Origin: Octopus sinensis
Lineage: Eukaryota
Assembly: GCF_006345805.1 (NCBI RefSeq)
Contig: NC_043007.1
Coordinates: 38,936,001-39,000,000, forward strand
Length of the DNA: 64,000 nt
Direction: 5' to 3'
Shown here piece after piece: positions 24,799 through 39,805 of the stretch; position 1 is the stretch's first letter; each line of letters opens with the position of its first letter. Position numbers and translations under genes: made by a program. Under the pieces are notes generated by a model. It was not told where the DNA came from. It saw only the letters and a program-made list of their open reading frames with translations, and did no database searches.

Positions 24799-25130
24799 CA
24801 CCTTTGCCACCACCACTACCACCACCACCACCACCACCACCACCACCACTACTACTATCACCATGACCTGTAACACCACTACAACAACAGTATTAACCAT
24901 TGCCACCATACCACTGCTACCACCATCATCATTATTACCACAAACATCACTGCTGCTACTAGTACTACAACTACTACAACTGACACTATCATTAAAGGTA
25001 TTACCACTAACACTTCTAAACCAACTACTACCATCAAGCACTACAAACACTACCAACCCCAACAGCAACACCAACACCAACATCAGCATCACCACTGCCA
25101 CCTACTGTAACATCAACAACAAAAAAGATG
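24294..25130. repeat. Large compound trinucleotide block (TAC/TGC/CAC/AAC) with a non-repetitive core at ~24530-24710
   Basis: Directly visible. Confidence 0.9.
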
Positions 25131-25853
25131 CAGTAAAAAATGATTTATTGAATTTCAGTCACCTCCATCTCTCACTTTCTATCTCTTTTGTACATACACA
25201 CACACACACAGAAAATGATAATGGTGATAATGGTTAGAGATATAGCCAGAGAGAGAAAGGGAGATATGAAGCATTATAAAAATATATACACATACATATA
25301 CATATATATATATATAATATATACATACATGCATAGATACATACATACAAATACATATATAGATATATATATATATATTATATATATATATGTATATATA
25401 TATGTATGTAAGTATGTATGATGTATGTTTGTATGTATGTATGCATGCATGCATGTATGTATGCATGTATGTATGCATGTATGTATGTATGTATGTATGT
25501 ATGTATGTATGTATATATATATATATGTATATTTGCATGCATATAATATATACATACATGCATAGATACATACATACAAATACATATATAGATATATATA
25601 TATATATCATCATCATCATCATCATTCAATGTACATGACACATGCTGGCATGTGTTGGACAAATACACAATCAGATACAGACAGACGACACACACACACA
25701 CACACACACACACATGCATGCATGCATGCACACACACACACACTCACTCTTACATATATACAAATACAAATATATATATATTATTTAAATCTCTCTCTCT
25801 CACTTGTTACTCACACACACACACACACGCACATGCATTTATAAAAATACATA

Positions 25854-25884
<31 letters not shown>

Positions 25885-26287
25885 ATGAATGACCATGAGA
25901 TTGCATCTAGAAAGTTCCCCTCTGGGGCACAAGTTTGGCCAAAGTTACTTATGGAAGACTTGCGGTCACAGCTTATTTCTACAGCTGAGTAAACTGGAGC
26001 AACTGAAATATAGTGTCTTGCTCAAGAACACAGCACACAGCTTGTTCTGGGAATTGAACTCACTGCCTTGTGATTGTGAGCCTGACGCTTGAACCACTGA
26101 GCCATGCACACACACACGTCTACACACACACACACACACGTCTACACACACACACACACACGTCTACACACACACACAGACACACACACTCATATACACA
26201 CACATACATGTAAGCATATATGTGTGTGTATGTGTGTGTCTGCTTGTCATTACTACCCTGCTACACCCCTCTTCCACCCTCTCAACC

Positions 26288-26318
<31 letters not shown>

Positions 26319-26886
26319 CCGTAGTAGACAATGCACCACTTGTAAAGTGACTTGTAATTTGAATAACTTAAACAAAAACAACCAACAACAACAGCACCCA
26401 CCTCACCTCATCTCACCCTCACCTCATCTCACCCTCACCTCATCTCACTCTCGTCTCACCCTCACCTTGCAGGACCTCACTCCATTCACTGCCACCGCCA
26501 TCACCTTCTCTCTATGATGCAATTCTTCTTATTGTTATAGTTCCTCACTTCTGTTGCCAGGCTTGTATTTCCACTCAGCATTGGGTGTTAGTTTTCAATG
26601 GTAATAGGGAACTTAAATAAACAGAGAAGACAAGAGAAGAAAAGAAGAAGAAAAAAAAAAAAGAAAGCAAGAAGTACAACATGAATAAAGAAAGAAAGAG
26701 AGAACAGACCTAGCAAAATATACTAAAAGACAGATTAGAAAGAGAGCTGTGAAAGGAGAAAAAGAGAAAATGAGAGAAGAAGCAAAGTAAGAAAGTCAGG
26801 TAAAAAAAAACAAAAAAAGCCAGGACCATTGCTAAAAAGAGATAGATTTATAGTCAACAAATAAACAGATAGATACTTACTCATGT

Positions 26887-26917
<31 letters not shown>

Positions 26918-27161
26918 CTCACACATTTACTTGCTCATACACATCATCACCTTTGTCAGCGTTGGCATCGTGGGCGGCAGTGGCTGCAATGACGGTGGCA
27001 GTGTAGCTGTGCAATAAGAAGTTTGCATCCCAACCAAGTGGTTCTCAGTTCAGTTTCACAGTGTGGAGACCTTGGGCAAATATCTTCTGTTATAGCCTTG
27101 GGCTGACCAAAGCCTTGCAAACAGATTTCATAGATGAAAACTCTAAGAAACCTGTTGTATA

Positions 27162-27218
<57 letters not shown>

Positions 27219-27498
27219 CGCAGGAGTTGCTGTGTGGTAAGCAGCTTGCTTCCCAGCCACATAGTTCCGGGTTCAGTCCCACTGCGTGGCACCTTGGGCA
27301 AGTGTCTTCTACTATAGCCTCGGGCTGACCAAAACCTTGTGAGTGGATTTAGTAGACAGAAACTGAAAGAAGCCAGTCATATATACTACCTGCATCAACT
27401 TGTTATAAAAGCAGATTGTAATTTTACCTTGTACTTATTCTTAGAGCAAGTTTTCAAGAGTGCAGTTTGATTTTAATAGTTACTTTTTCAAAGCTATA

Positions 27499-28510
27499 AT
27501 AGAAGTGACAAAAGAGCATATTTGGCATATTTTGCTTTATGAGTTCAATAAAGACAAAAGCGCAATGGAAAGTGCAAATATTATTAATGCAGTATATGGG
27601 GGTTGGACAATAAACGTAAGCCAGTGTCAACGGTGGTTCCAGAAATTCCAAGCTGGAAATTACAGCCTAGGAGAAGAGTTTCGTCCTGGAAGATCTGTAG
27701 AGCTCAATGAGGACGTCCTGCAAACCCTGGTGGAACAAAATCCCATAGTAACTGTTGAGGAACTAGCAACAACCTTTCATCAACACCTGCGTGCCATCAG
27801 AATAGACAGCAAATTGGATCAATGGGTTCCTCACAAACTTTCTGAGTCTAATCATAGTAGAGAGTGAATATGTGCTCTTCTTTGCTGTCATGTCTCACTA
27901 ATGAACCTTTTTTGGATGGAACAGTGACTAATAATGAGAAATGGGTTCTCTATAGAAATGTCAAACACTGAAGACTGCTTACTGAAAGAAGAAACACCAG
28001 CACTCCAAGCTAAAGAAGGTTTTCATCCATGTAAGGTGTTGTTATCTTTTTGGTGGGATATGACAGGTTTAACCCACTTTGAACTTTTAGACCTAAACCA
28101 AAATGCAACAAAGAAGATCTACTGTGAGCAACTTGAGTGGCTTAAGTCAGTGCTAGAAGAAAAACGACCGTCTTTGGTTTCAAGATGAAAAGTGTTCTTC
28201 CATCAGGATAATTTCAGCCACATTCAGTGAGGATGACATTCCAAAGGCTGGAGCAGTTTGAATGGAAAACGATGTCCCAACCACCATATTCAATGGACAT
28301 TGCCCCATCTGATTATCATTTATTCCGCAGGCTTCAAAATCATTTGGACAGAAAAATCATTTGAATGGAATTCTGTAGATGAAGTCAGAACAGTATTGGA
28401 AGAGTATTTTTTTGTCACAGACAAGTGAATTTTGGAACAGGGGCCTTGCAAATCTACCAGATAGATAGAAGAGCATTGTTGTAAATAAAGGAAAGTATAT
28501 TTTAGATTAA
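27499..28510 (+). pseudogene. Degenerate near-full-length mariner transposase
   Basis: HTH region (KEHIWHILLYEF...QRWFQKF), [42 protein letters not shown] motifs, broken by stops and frameshifts. Confidence 0.92.
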
Positions 28511-28721
28511 AAAAGAACTTTGTTTATCTTAATTTTGAAAAATAAAATAAGTTCCTATCCCTTGGATAACATTGGTGGCGTGGAGATGAGGGAGGCTGGT
28601 ATGCATGGGTGACTGCTGTTCTTCCATAAACAACCTTGCTCAAACTTGTGCCATGGAGGGGAACTTTCTAGGTGCAATCCCATGGTCATTCATGACTGAA
28701 GGGGGTCTTCACTCTTTTATC

Positions 28722-28794
<73 letters not shown>

Positions 28795-28796
28795 AT

Positions 28797-28829
<33 letters not shown>

Positions 28830-28860
28830 CATACATGCATGCATGCATACATACATACAT

Positions 28861-28891
<31 letters not shown>

Positions 28892-28895
28892 TATA

Positions 28896-29762
28896 TGAGA
28901 AGGTATCCAAAGTAACTGGAAATGTTGTCTGTGGGACAAACCCTTTGTAGGTTAGGCTTCTGTTGCAAGAAGCCACTTGGTATGACCCTTAGGCATCAGT
29001 CTGTCATACAGCCACATGGTGCATCTTTGTTTTGCAGTGCTTCTCTCCTGTTCATTGGTTTTTGTGATGGCTGAAACAAAGAAACAGTGTGCTTGCATGA
29101 AATTCTGTTTTCTGTTGGGGAAAATGGTGGCCAAATCAGTTGTCATACTTCAAACAGCTTACAAGGATGCTGCCATCAATAAAACACTAGTTTATGAGTG
29201 GTTTTCATGCTTTAGGAAAGGTCATTGTTGCTTGAAGAAAAAACCTCATTCAGGACAATCATTGACCTTCTGAACGAATGAAAATATATGAAAATTCATG
29301 AAGTGATCTTGGAGGACTGTCACTGAACAGTTGATGAACTTGTTGATATGACTGGTGTACCTGGAGCTTCTGCCAATGAATTTTGAATGAAGAAATGCAA
29401 ATATAAAGATTTGCTGCAAAATTTGGGCCTTGCTTGCTCACGGATGATCAAAAGCAGTCATGGCTGAATGCTTGTTGAGAACTGAAAGAACATCTGAACC
29501 GTTTCTTTGAAGGTCATCACTGGTGAAGGAAGCTGGTGCTTGCAATTTGCAGATGTGGAAGCGGTGAAGAAAAAAATGATGAAGGCATGTAAAGGCATCA
29601 CTTCACAAAAGTTCCAGCACTGCTTCGAATAATGGTAAATGCACTTAGACCAATGCATTGCTTCAAATGGAGAATACTTTGAAGGCAATAAAAGAGTAAA
29701 CATGTAAAACTAAATGAATAAAATAATATTGCAAGATTCCGGTTTTTTTGGGTACCTTCTTG
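28896..29762 (+). mobile_element. Internally deleted mariner element with both TIRs and TA TSD
   Basis: TA-TGAGAAGGTATCCAAAGTAACTGGAA versus reverse complement TA-CAAGAAGGTACCCAAAAAAACCGGAA. N-terminal peptide KQCACMKFCFLLGK...VYEWFSCFRKG and C-terminal FADVEAVKKK...CIASNGEYFEGN. Confidence 0.88.
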
Positions 29763-30119
29763 TACATATATATATGTATATTATGCATATGCACGTGTAT
29801 ATATATGTGTACTTGTGTTTGTCCCCACCCCAACCACCACTTGGCAACGGTTGTTGGTTTGTTTATATTCCCATAAATTAGCAGTTTTATAGTTCATGAT
29901 ACATATGTATATGTATGTGTTTACATACACACACACAAACACACATATATTTGTATATGCATATATACTTTTGTGCATATATATATATTATCCATATGTG
30001 TGTTGGTGTGTGTATGTATATCTATATACTTTGCCTGTTTGTATATATGTAGTGTGTTCATAGTGAAACAAGTAGATAGATATAAGTGGATGGAGAGAGG
30101 TAGGTGATATAAATGGCTC

Positions 30120-30880
<761 letters not shown>

Positions 30881-31745
30881 TAGGTGTTGCTTAGTCTATC
30901 TAGTTTGACTGGTATTTATAGTTTTATGAAGAGTATGTTGTTCCTGTTGTTGTTGTTGTTGTTGTTGTAGTTTCTTTCTGTTACCCTCTGAATGTCTACC
31001 CCTCCCCATCACTTACACTATCTCTGTTTGTCTGTCCTGTCTGCCTGTCTGCCTGTTTGTCTGTCTTTTTTTTTTCTGAGAATTTTTCAAAACTACTTTA
31101 AAATGTTAAGAAAGAAGGTGGTGGAATGGAAGAAAAGAGGCCAATATTCAACAAATAAATGTGATTTTGGGTTGTTGTTGTTGTCATTGTCGTTGTTGTC
31201 ATTTTGTTATGCAGTTGTTGTTGCTTTATTTGTAAGGTGTGTGAATGCGGTGAGGATGGCTTGTATGTATGAATGGGCCTACTCTGAACTTTCACTTGCA
31301 AACCAGAGGAGGTGAGAAGGAGAGATGTGCCTGCTGGGGGATCATCTGGCGATGCAATAACCAGAATGTGTAGGGTTCCTCGGTTGTCCTTGTGAGGAAT
31401 TCCCCACTTTTGGGGGAATTTTTATTGTTTAATTATTTTGTTAATTGTCTTTGCTACTTATTGAATACACTGTATTGTTCAGCACCCCACTTGACCTTTG
31501 TATTGTATCATCCATATTTGTTTTGTGTTTGGCCCTTGTGGAAAATAAAAGCACCCACTACACTCACGGAGTGGTTGGTGTTAGGAAGGGCATCCAGCTG
31601 TAGAAACATTGCCAGATAAGACTGGAGCCTGGTGCAGCCTTCTGGCTTCCCAGATCCCCGGTCGAACCGTCCAACCCATGCTAGCATGGAGAACGGACGT
31701 TAAACGATGATAATGATGATGATGATGATTATTATTATTATTATT

Positions 31746-32301
31746 GAGTGAGAGAGCAGTGCATGCCATCAAAGTAACACTGGGGTAAAATATACAAAGC
31801 CCAGTATACCCATCATGACTACCCATCTGATAAAGGTACACCAGGTACATGCGTCACAACCATATGTGCGTGACATGGTGATCTCATATCAAGATAAACA
31901 GTGCATGACCTTGCATGTGGGGCCCAGTTAGAATTTTCTTCTGGTCGAGTAACTCATCCTGCTCAAAAGGTCCCTGAATAAGGGTTGTTTAAGGATATTG
32001 AACAAAACATCAATGTTTCCAGAGGTGAATTATTCAAACCCCAAAGAATCCCTCTCAACACATGGCTATGATGCTCCCCCACTGCTTCTGCTCATGATCA
32101 GAGATGCACATATCGTCAGCCACTAACGGACATGGCTAACTGGTTATGGTCAAACAACTGACAAGCAAATCTGTGGTATTGAGCAGAATATTTGCTGTAG
32201 CCCATCTTTTAAACCAAGACAAAACAATGTACATGATAACACTTCTAATCAGTTAAGATCAGAAGCCATGAGAGCCACTGCTTGATACTGCATCAGGGCA
32301 T
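31746..32301. mobile_element. ~550-bp (ATT)n-flanked element, copy 2
   Basis: Colinear with 13279-13831. Confidence 0.85.
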
Positions 32302-32305
32302 AAAC

Positions 32306-32340
<35 letters not shown>

Positions 32341-32354
32341 GTTATTATTATTAT

Positions 32355-32674
32355 TACCTTCGCCTTAGCAAAGGCAGAGGTATTGTTTTTAGTCCCATTT
32401 ATTTGTTGGTTTATCTGTCCGTGGACAAGATATCTCAAGAACTGCTTGATGGATTCAAATGAAACTTCCAAAGATGTTTGGCCTCGTGACTGGTATGAAC
32501 AGATTAGATTTTGGGATCAATCTGGTACTGGACAAAGATTCTGGATTATTTGTTATATTTACTTTACTTTATGGGAAGTATTATAAGATATTCTCATTTT
32601 AAAAATCATCTCTGGCTAATTGCTGAGAGGACATTGGTGTTGCCTTGGTGGAGGATTGCACTCTCTGAGTGCAC

Positions 32675-32675
<1 letters not shown>
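32355..32675 (+). mobile_element. Helentron-associated (HINE/DINE-1-like) non-autonomous element within (ATT)n
   Basis: Subterminal inverted motifs accttcgcc / ggtggagga, gtttatctgtc repeat-like segment, 3' cactctctgagtgc palindrome-like end. Confidence 0.6.
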
Positions 32676-32708
<33 letters not shown>

Positions 32709-34659
32709 AAGTGGAAATTGAAGTAAATGCTTTGACTTAGATTTGTCATGTGCCCTAGGATTCTAAATGCTGGAGTTTAACCCAGTTACCATAGTGTATA
32801 AGTGAGTGAGATTACAACACTATTCCATGAATGGGAGGCCAGTCCAATGCAGAGTTAATTTCCTAGCCATTACTGAATCTCATTTACAGCCAAGTGGATT
32901 GGAGTAACATGGAATGAAAAGCTTAAGAGTTTTTTTGATGAATACAATACACCACCTGATCTGGGAATTGAACCACACTCTTATGAATGTGAGTGCAGCA
33001 CCCCAACCACTAGGCCAACAGATAAAGCTATAAATAATTCTTTCTGCTACTGGTACTCTGACAACAAGAGCTCTAGTTGATCTGATCAATGGAACAGCCT
33101 GCTCATGAGATTAACATGCAAGTGGTTGAGCACTCCACAAACATGTGTACCCTTAATGTAGTTCTCAGGGAGATTCAGAATGACACAGAATATGATAAGG
33201 CTGGCCCTTTGAAATACAGGGACTACTCATTTTTGCTAGGTTAGTGGACTGGAGCAATGTGAAATAAATTGTCTTGCTGATGGAAACAGTTTGCTACCAG
33301 GTAGTGAACTCATGACCTTATGATTGTAAACCGAATGCACAAACCACCTAACCATGCACCTTCACAAATAATGCTTTCTACAATAGGCATAAAGCCTGAA
33401 ATTGTTGGAGATCTCAGTGCTTGACTGGTACTTATTCCATTGACTCTGAATGGACTCTGAATGACACATGCACTATATATTCATTCTTCACTCGTTTATT
33501 ACTGTTCTTATTTCAACTTATGTCCATTGTCTGGACATCTTTTGTCACACATCTGTGACCTCTTCAGCGACCCTTTCCATCCATGTATATTCTCCTGCTC
33601 TGCTTAATTCATTCTGTACTTCTATTATATTGATTTCTAACATATGAACACAGTCACAGATATTCTTTTCTACTCTAGGCACAAGGCTTGAAATTTTTGG
33701 GGAGGTGGCCAGTCGATTAGATCGACCCCAATATGTATCTAGTACTTGAGTTATCGACCCCCAAAAGGATGAAAGGCAAAGTCGACCTTGGCAGAATTTG
33801 AACTCAGAATGTAAAGACAGATGAAATACTGCAAAGCATTTTGCCTGGTGTGCTAATGTTTCTGCCAGCTCGCCACCTTAAATATTCTTTTCTACTCTAG
33901 GCACAAGGCTCGAAATTTTTGCAGAGCTAGCCAGTCAATTAGATCGACCCCAGTATGTAAATGGTACTTAATTTATTGACCCTGAAAGGATGAAAGGCAA
34001 TGTCGACCTCAGCAGAATTTGAACGCAGAACGTAAAGACAAACAAAATATCGCTAAGCATTTTACAGGGTGAAATGCTTGGTGGTATTTCATCTGCTGTT
34101 ACATTCTGAGTTCAAATTCCGGCAAGGTCGACTTTGCCTTTTATCCTTTCGGGGTCGATTAAATAAGTATCAGTTATGCACTGGGGTTGATATAATCGAC
34201 TTAATCCGTTTGTCCTTGTTTGTCCTCTCTGTGTTTAGCCCCTTGTGGGTAGTAAAGAAATAGGTATTTCGTCTGTCTTTACGTTCTGAGTTCAAATTCC
34301 ACCAAGGTTGACTTTCCGCTGAGGATTAACATTTCTGCCAGCTCGCTGCCTTACACGGTCACTGATTGAATTTGGAAGAATAATTGACTGACCACATTGG
34401 GATATAACAGAACTGATAGAGCACCAGACCATGATGTTCATTTATTGCTCTGTTGCAAAATATGTTCAATCTTATATTGGTTTTATAGTTTGATTTAGTT
34501 ACTCATAGAGGATGGTCCTATATAAACCTGGGGTTAAAAAACAACAATATTTTCCCATCCCCACTGTCCTTAAGATAAATTCCAATACCAGTAATGTACC
34601 AGGGAAGAGTGGGAATGGAGGTGGAAGATTAATTCAGTGAAAAGACTATACCTCCTTCA

Positions 34660-35240
34660 CCACCTGCAATAATAACAACAGTAGCGGCACGACAACGACC
34701 ACGACGACTACCACGACCACCACAACAACCACAACGACCACTACCACGACGATGACGACCACCACCACCATCATGACCACGACAACCAACACCACCAACA
34801 CCACCACCACCACCACTAGAATCACTACCACAACCCCACCACCAAAACCACCACCACAATCACTACCACAACCCCACCACCAACACCACCAGCACCGCTG
34901 CTACCATCACCACCACCATCATCACTATCACCACAACAACAACCACAACTATGACCACCAACACCATAACCATTACCACAGCCACTGCCACCACAAATCC
35001 TGTTACAACCACCACCACCACCACCACCACCACCACCACCATTACCACAGCCACTGTCACCACCGCTGCTGTCACAACCACCACCACTATCACCACCATC
35101 ATCATCACTACCATAACTGCTGTGGCCACACCACCATAGCCATGACTTGCTATCACCACAGCTACTGCCTCCACGATGACAACGATGATGCCAACCACCA
35201 TCACCACCACCACCACCACCACCATCACCACCACCACCAT
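34660..35240. repeat. Compound (CAC/CAA/CAT/GAC) microsatellite
   Basis: Directly visible; source of the poly-H/T/V ORFs. Confidence 0.95.
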
Positions 35241-35858
35241 ATTATCTACTAATTAGTGGTCTGGAGCTGTCCAAATGTGAAAAAAACTTTTCTTGGTAAA
35301 GAAGATAAAAATAGTTATGGACAAACAAAAAGATAAAAAAAGAAGGTTGAAAAGAATGAAAGACCTTCATCCACTTCCTAAAGAAATGTTGGTGGCCATG
35401 GATATTATTAAGATCTTGTTGATTCATGAGTGACTTTGTGTTTGTTGTTATTATTATTGTTGTTGTTTAGCAACCTATGTAAACAGATCAATGAGGCATT
35501 CTATCTTGTCTCTTTTAATTGATGATATTAACGCTGTTTACATTTGTTAAATACATACATGTGTGTGTATGTGTGTGTGTGTATGTGTATGTGTGTGTGT
35601 GTGTGTATGTGTGTGTGTGTGTGTGTGTGTGATTGTGTGTTCACATGTATATTTATATGTGTGTGAGTGTGTATCTGTGTATATTCTTTTATTCTTTTAC
35701 TTGTTTCAGTCATTTGATTGTGCCCATGCTGGAGCATTGCCTTAAAAAGGTTTCTCTAGTCAAAGAAGTAATGTAACATATTATATAGATAAATTTCCTC
35801 TATTTACATAATATTGAGGTCTCTTTCTTTCTTTTGTTATCTTATATATTACGTTTTA

Positions 35859-35926
<68 letters not shown>

Positions 35927-36488
35927 CAGATAGATAGATAGATAGATCATCATCATCATCGTTTAGCGTCCGCCTTCCATACCAGGCCCAGTCTGATCTG
36001 GCAATGTTTCTACAGCTGGATGCCGTTCCTAATGCCAACCACTCTGTGAGTGTAGTGGGTGCTTTTTATGTGCCAGTGGCACAGGTGCCAGACGAGGCTG
36101 GCAAACGGCCACGATCGGATGGTGCTTTTTACGTGCCACCGGCATGGGGGCCAGGTGAGGCTGGCAATGGCCACGATCGGATGGTGCTTTTTATGTGCCA
36201 CCGGCATGAGGCCAGTCGGGGCGGCGCTGGCAACGGCTATGTTCAGATGGTTCTCTTACATACCACCGGCACTGGTATCACAGCTGCAATTTCCATTGAT
36301 GTTGATCGATTTCGATTTTGATTTTCACTTGCCTCAACACGTCTTCACAAGTAGAGTTTTGTGTCCCAAGATGGAAAGGTATGCATAAGTGGACTGGCTA
36401 CATCCCATGTAGAGGCTACGGGTTATGGTCTCACTTGTCCTGCCGGATAGATATATATATAGATATAGATATATATAAGATACATATC

Positions 36489-36519
<31 letters not shown>

Positions 36520-36954
36520 GTCTATCTATCTATATATATATATATATATATAGGTATACAATTGTGTATATGTATATATATTGTAATCTTCTAATACTGA
36601 GACATGTGTAGTTCCTTCATATTTAATAAATATAAGTATTAACTAAAGTATGATATAATTAATGAAGTACATTATATAGCTGGTAATTTAGGTTATATCT
36701 TCAAGTGTTATTTCGTGATGTGCGAACTGATACCATGAGTTTCCTGTCAGATATACTTATTAGATTATTTTTGTATTATCTGAAATAGAATACCTGCATA
36801 TTGATTAATCCCCCAAAAATTGAGTATATATATGAGGGGTTTAGTTCACTGGTGATCTAAATGAATAGATTCACTGTGTAAGTGCTATAATTGGTAATCC
36901 ATTTGGTTCCAAGTTCACAGCTGAGGCTGTAGTAGGCTTCTGAGTTAGCAGGTA

Positions 36955-37530
36955 TATAGTAAAGGAAAAGGAAAACAAAACCAAGACAGGACAAGTGTCT
37001 AATTAGAGTAAGATGAATCTGAAGTAATTAATTAATTAATTAATTGAATGTCTTACAGCTGTTTCTGGATGTCTTACACCTGTTTCTGTTGGATGTCTTA
37101 CAGCTGATTCTGGGATATCCCAAGTAATTTTTAATGTTGCATTCAAAAGATTGCCAAAATACTGCCTGGATGGCTCGACCTTTATACCTTCTGGAAGAAG
37201 ATGAGCTGTGAACTTTATTCTCTCGTCTCTATTCTTCTATCTACTGCTTTACTCTTTATTCTTCTATCTAATATTTTATTCCTTTATACACTGTGAATTC
37301 TCTGTCTAGAACTTTCCTACATATTCACCTTGTCTTTGATGATGGAATATTCAGTATATGGAGATGCTCACCTATCACTTGGGATATCCCAGAAACAGCT
37401 GTAAGATATCCGATAGTTAATTAATTAAATAATTACTTCAAATTCACCTTACTTTAATCAAAAATTCTAAATGACTTGAGACACTCACCCTGCCTAGGTT
37501 TTCTTGTTTTTTTCCCACTAATATTTATAT
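36955..37530. repeat. Imperfect foldback, ~150-bp arms (Penelope-end-like)
   Basis: gaagtaattaattaattaatt...tcttacagctgtttctgga pairs with tcccagaaacagctgtaaga...ttaattaattaaataattacttc. Confidence 0.7.
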
Positions 37531-38055
37531 ATATACGATGGACTTCTTTCAGTTTCTGTCTATAAAATCCACTCACAAAGTTTTGGTTGGCCTGAAGCTA
37601 TGGTTAAAGACACTTGTCCAAGGTGTCATGCAGTGAGACTGAACCCAGAACCATGTGGTTGGGAAGCAAGCTTCTTAGCACACAGCCACACCTATATATA
37701 TATATGTATGTGTGTGTATGTGAATATAGTGTATGAATGAATATATATATATTGTTCAAATTTACAGAAAATAATGGATGAAGACAGGTGAGGAAACAAC
37801 AAGGACATGTATTAGTTTGATACTCAGGAAGAATGGAAAAGTCTTTGATGTTTCAAGCCTATGCTCTTCAACAGAAAATGTTGAGAGGAAAAAATGGAGA
37901 GAGAACAAAAAAAAGAAAATGGAGAGAGAAAAAATATGTAGGGATTAATGGTTCAACATGAGAAAATGACTAGAAGAAAGAGGCTGAGTGGTAGGGAAAT
38001 AATAACGGTGACCCAGCTGAACCATATATGTATGCATGTATGTATGCATGTATGT

Positions 38056-38145
<90 letters not shown>

Positions 38146-39020
38146 ACATACATACATATATGTATGAATATAAACAAGAGTGTATATGAGAGTTTCTCGG
38201 ATGGTAGCTAGTGCAGTATAGTTTGTTCAAACACAACATTAAAGTGGGGATAGATATTACATCTCAGTGTTAATACAACCTCTATTGCTAATATATATAG
38301 ACATAAGAGTAGCTGTGTGGTAAGTAGCTTGCTTACCAACCACATGGTTCCGGGTTCAGTCACACAGTATGGCACCTTGGGCAAGTGTCTTCTACTATAG
38401 CCTCGGGCCGACCAAAGCCTTGTGAGTGGATTTGTCAGACGGAAACTGAAAGAAGCCTGTCGTATATATTTATATATAAATGTATGTGTGTGTATATGTT
38501 TGTGTGTCTGTGTTTGTCTTCCCAACATCACTTGACAACCGATGCTGGTGTGTTTACGTTCCTGTAACTTAGCGGTTCGGCAAAAGAGACTGATAGAATA
38601 AGTACTAGGTTTACAAAGGATAAGACCTGGGGTCGATTTGCTCGACTAAAGGTGGTGCTCCAGCATGGCTGCAATCAAATGACTGAAACAAGTAAAAGAG
38701 TAAAATAGTAAAGAGTATGTGTGTGTGTGTGTGTGTATTGTGTATAAGTATGCACACACACACACACACACACATGCACAACACACATATTTAATTACTT
38801 CTATTCTATGGTCTCTAACTACGAAGCCAGCTAAAGCAATTCCTGTAAATATCACCATTAGACATTTCTCAAAGTCTTTGTATTTTTTGTTTCTTGTCTA
38901 ATCACCCGGCAAGAAAATGTCTTGTCACATCATGTTGTGATCTACTCTACTTTACCCTATAAATTACTGGAAAACTGTCTTTTGTCATTGACCAATCAAT
39001 AAAACATATAGGTTAATTAT

Positions 39021-39475
39021 TCAACTCATCATCAACATCGCCAACATCATCACTGTTGCAATCCTCATTATCGACAGCATCACCGTTGCCTTCATCATTA
39101 TCATCATCATTGTCGTATTCATCATCCACATCATCCTCATCATCATCATTTTCGTCCTAATCTTAATTAACATTATTGCCATTGTCATAATCATCATCAT
39201 TCTCTTCGTTATTGTCATCATCATCAATGCCTGCATCATCATCATCATCATCATCCACATTCTTCTTTGTCTTCTTCTTCTTCTTCTTCTTCTTCTCTTC
39301 TTCTTCTTCTTCTTCTTCTTCTTCTTCTTCTTCTTCGTCTTCTTCTTCGTCTTCTTCTTCATCATCATCGTCATCGTCGTCGTCGTCGTTGTCATCATCG
39401 TCGTCGTCGTCGTCGTAGTCGTCATCATCATCATCATCATCATCACCATCATGATAATTATCGTCGTTGTTCTTC
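39021..39475. repeat. Compound (CAT/CTT/CGT) microsatellite
   Basis: Directly visible. Confidence 0.95.
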
Positions 39476-39805
39476 TATGGTCTTTATGCTCTGAGTTCAA
39501 ATACTGCTTAGGTCAATTTTGCCTTCCATTCTTTTGGGGATTGGTAAAATAGAAACCAGTTGAGCACTGAGACTGATATTATCGGTTTGTTCCCTCCCCT
39601 CTAAATTATTGGCTTTGTGCCAAAGTTAGACAGAATTATTAGCATTGTCATTATTATCCTTATCATCTTCATCATCATCATAATCATCATCATTTAACGT
39701 CCACATTCCATGCTGGCATGGATTGGACAGTTTGACAAGATCTGATGTGTCCAAGGACTGTATCAAGTTCCAATACACACACACACACACTCATATGTAC
39801 ATATA

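Noticed and set aside
26541-26612. Exon-like segments with plausible splice sites on both strands
   Set aside because: The minus version has stops in all frames; the plus version is open but matches nothing and has no partner exon.
31228-31480. Cys-containing peptide CKVCECGEDG...PECVGFLGCPCEEF
   Set aside because: Three in-frame stops, no convincing splice sites, no recognisable domain.
38795-38845. Short minus-strand exon candidate GIALAGFVVRDHRIE
   Set aside because: Weak acceptor, only 44 nt, no homology or linked exon.
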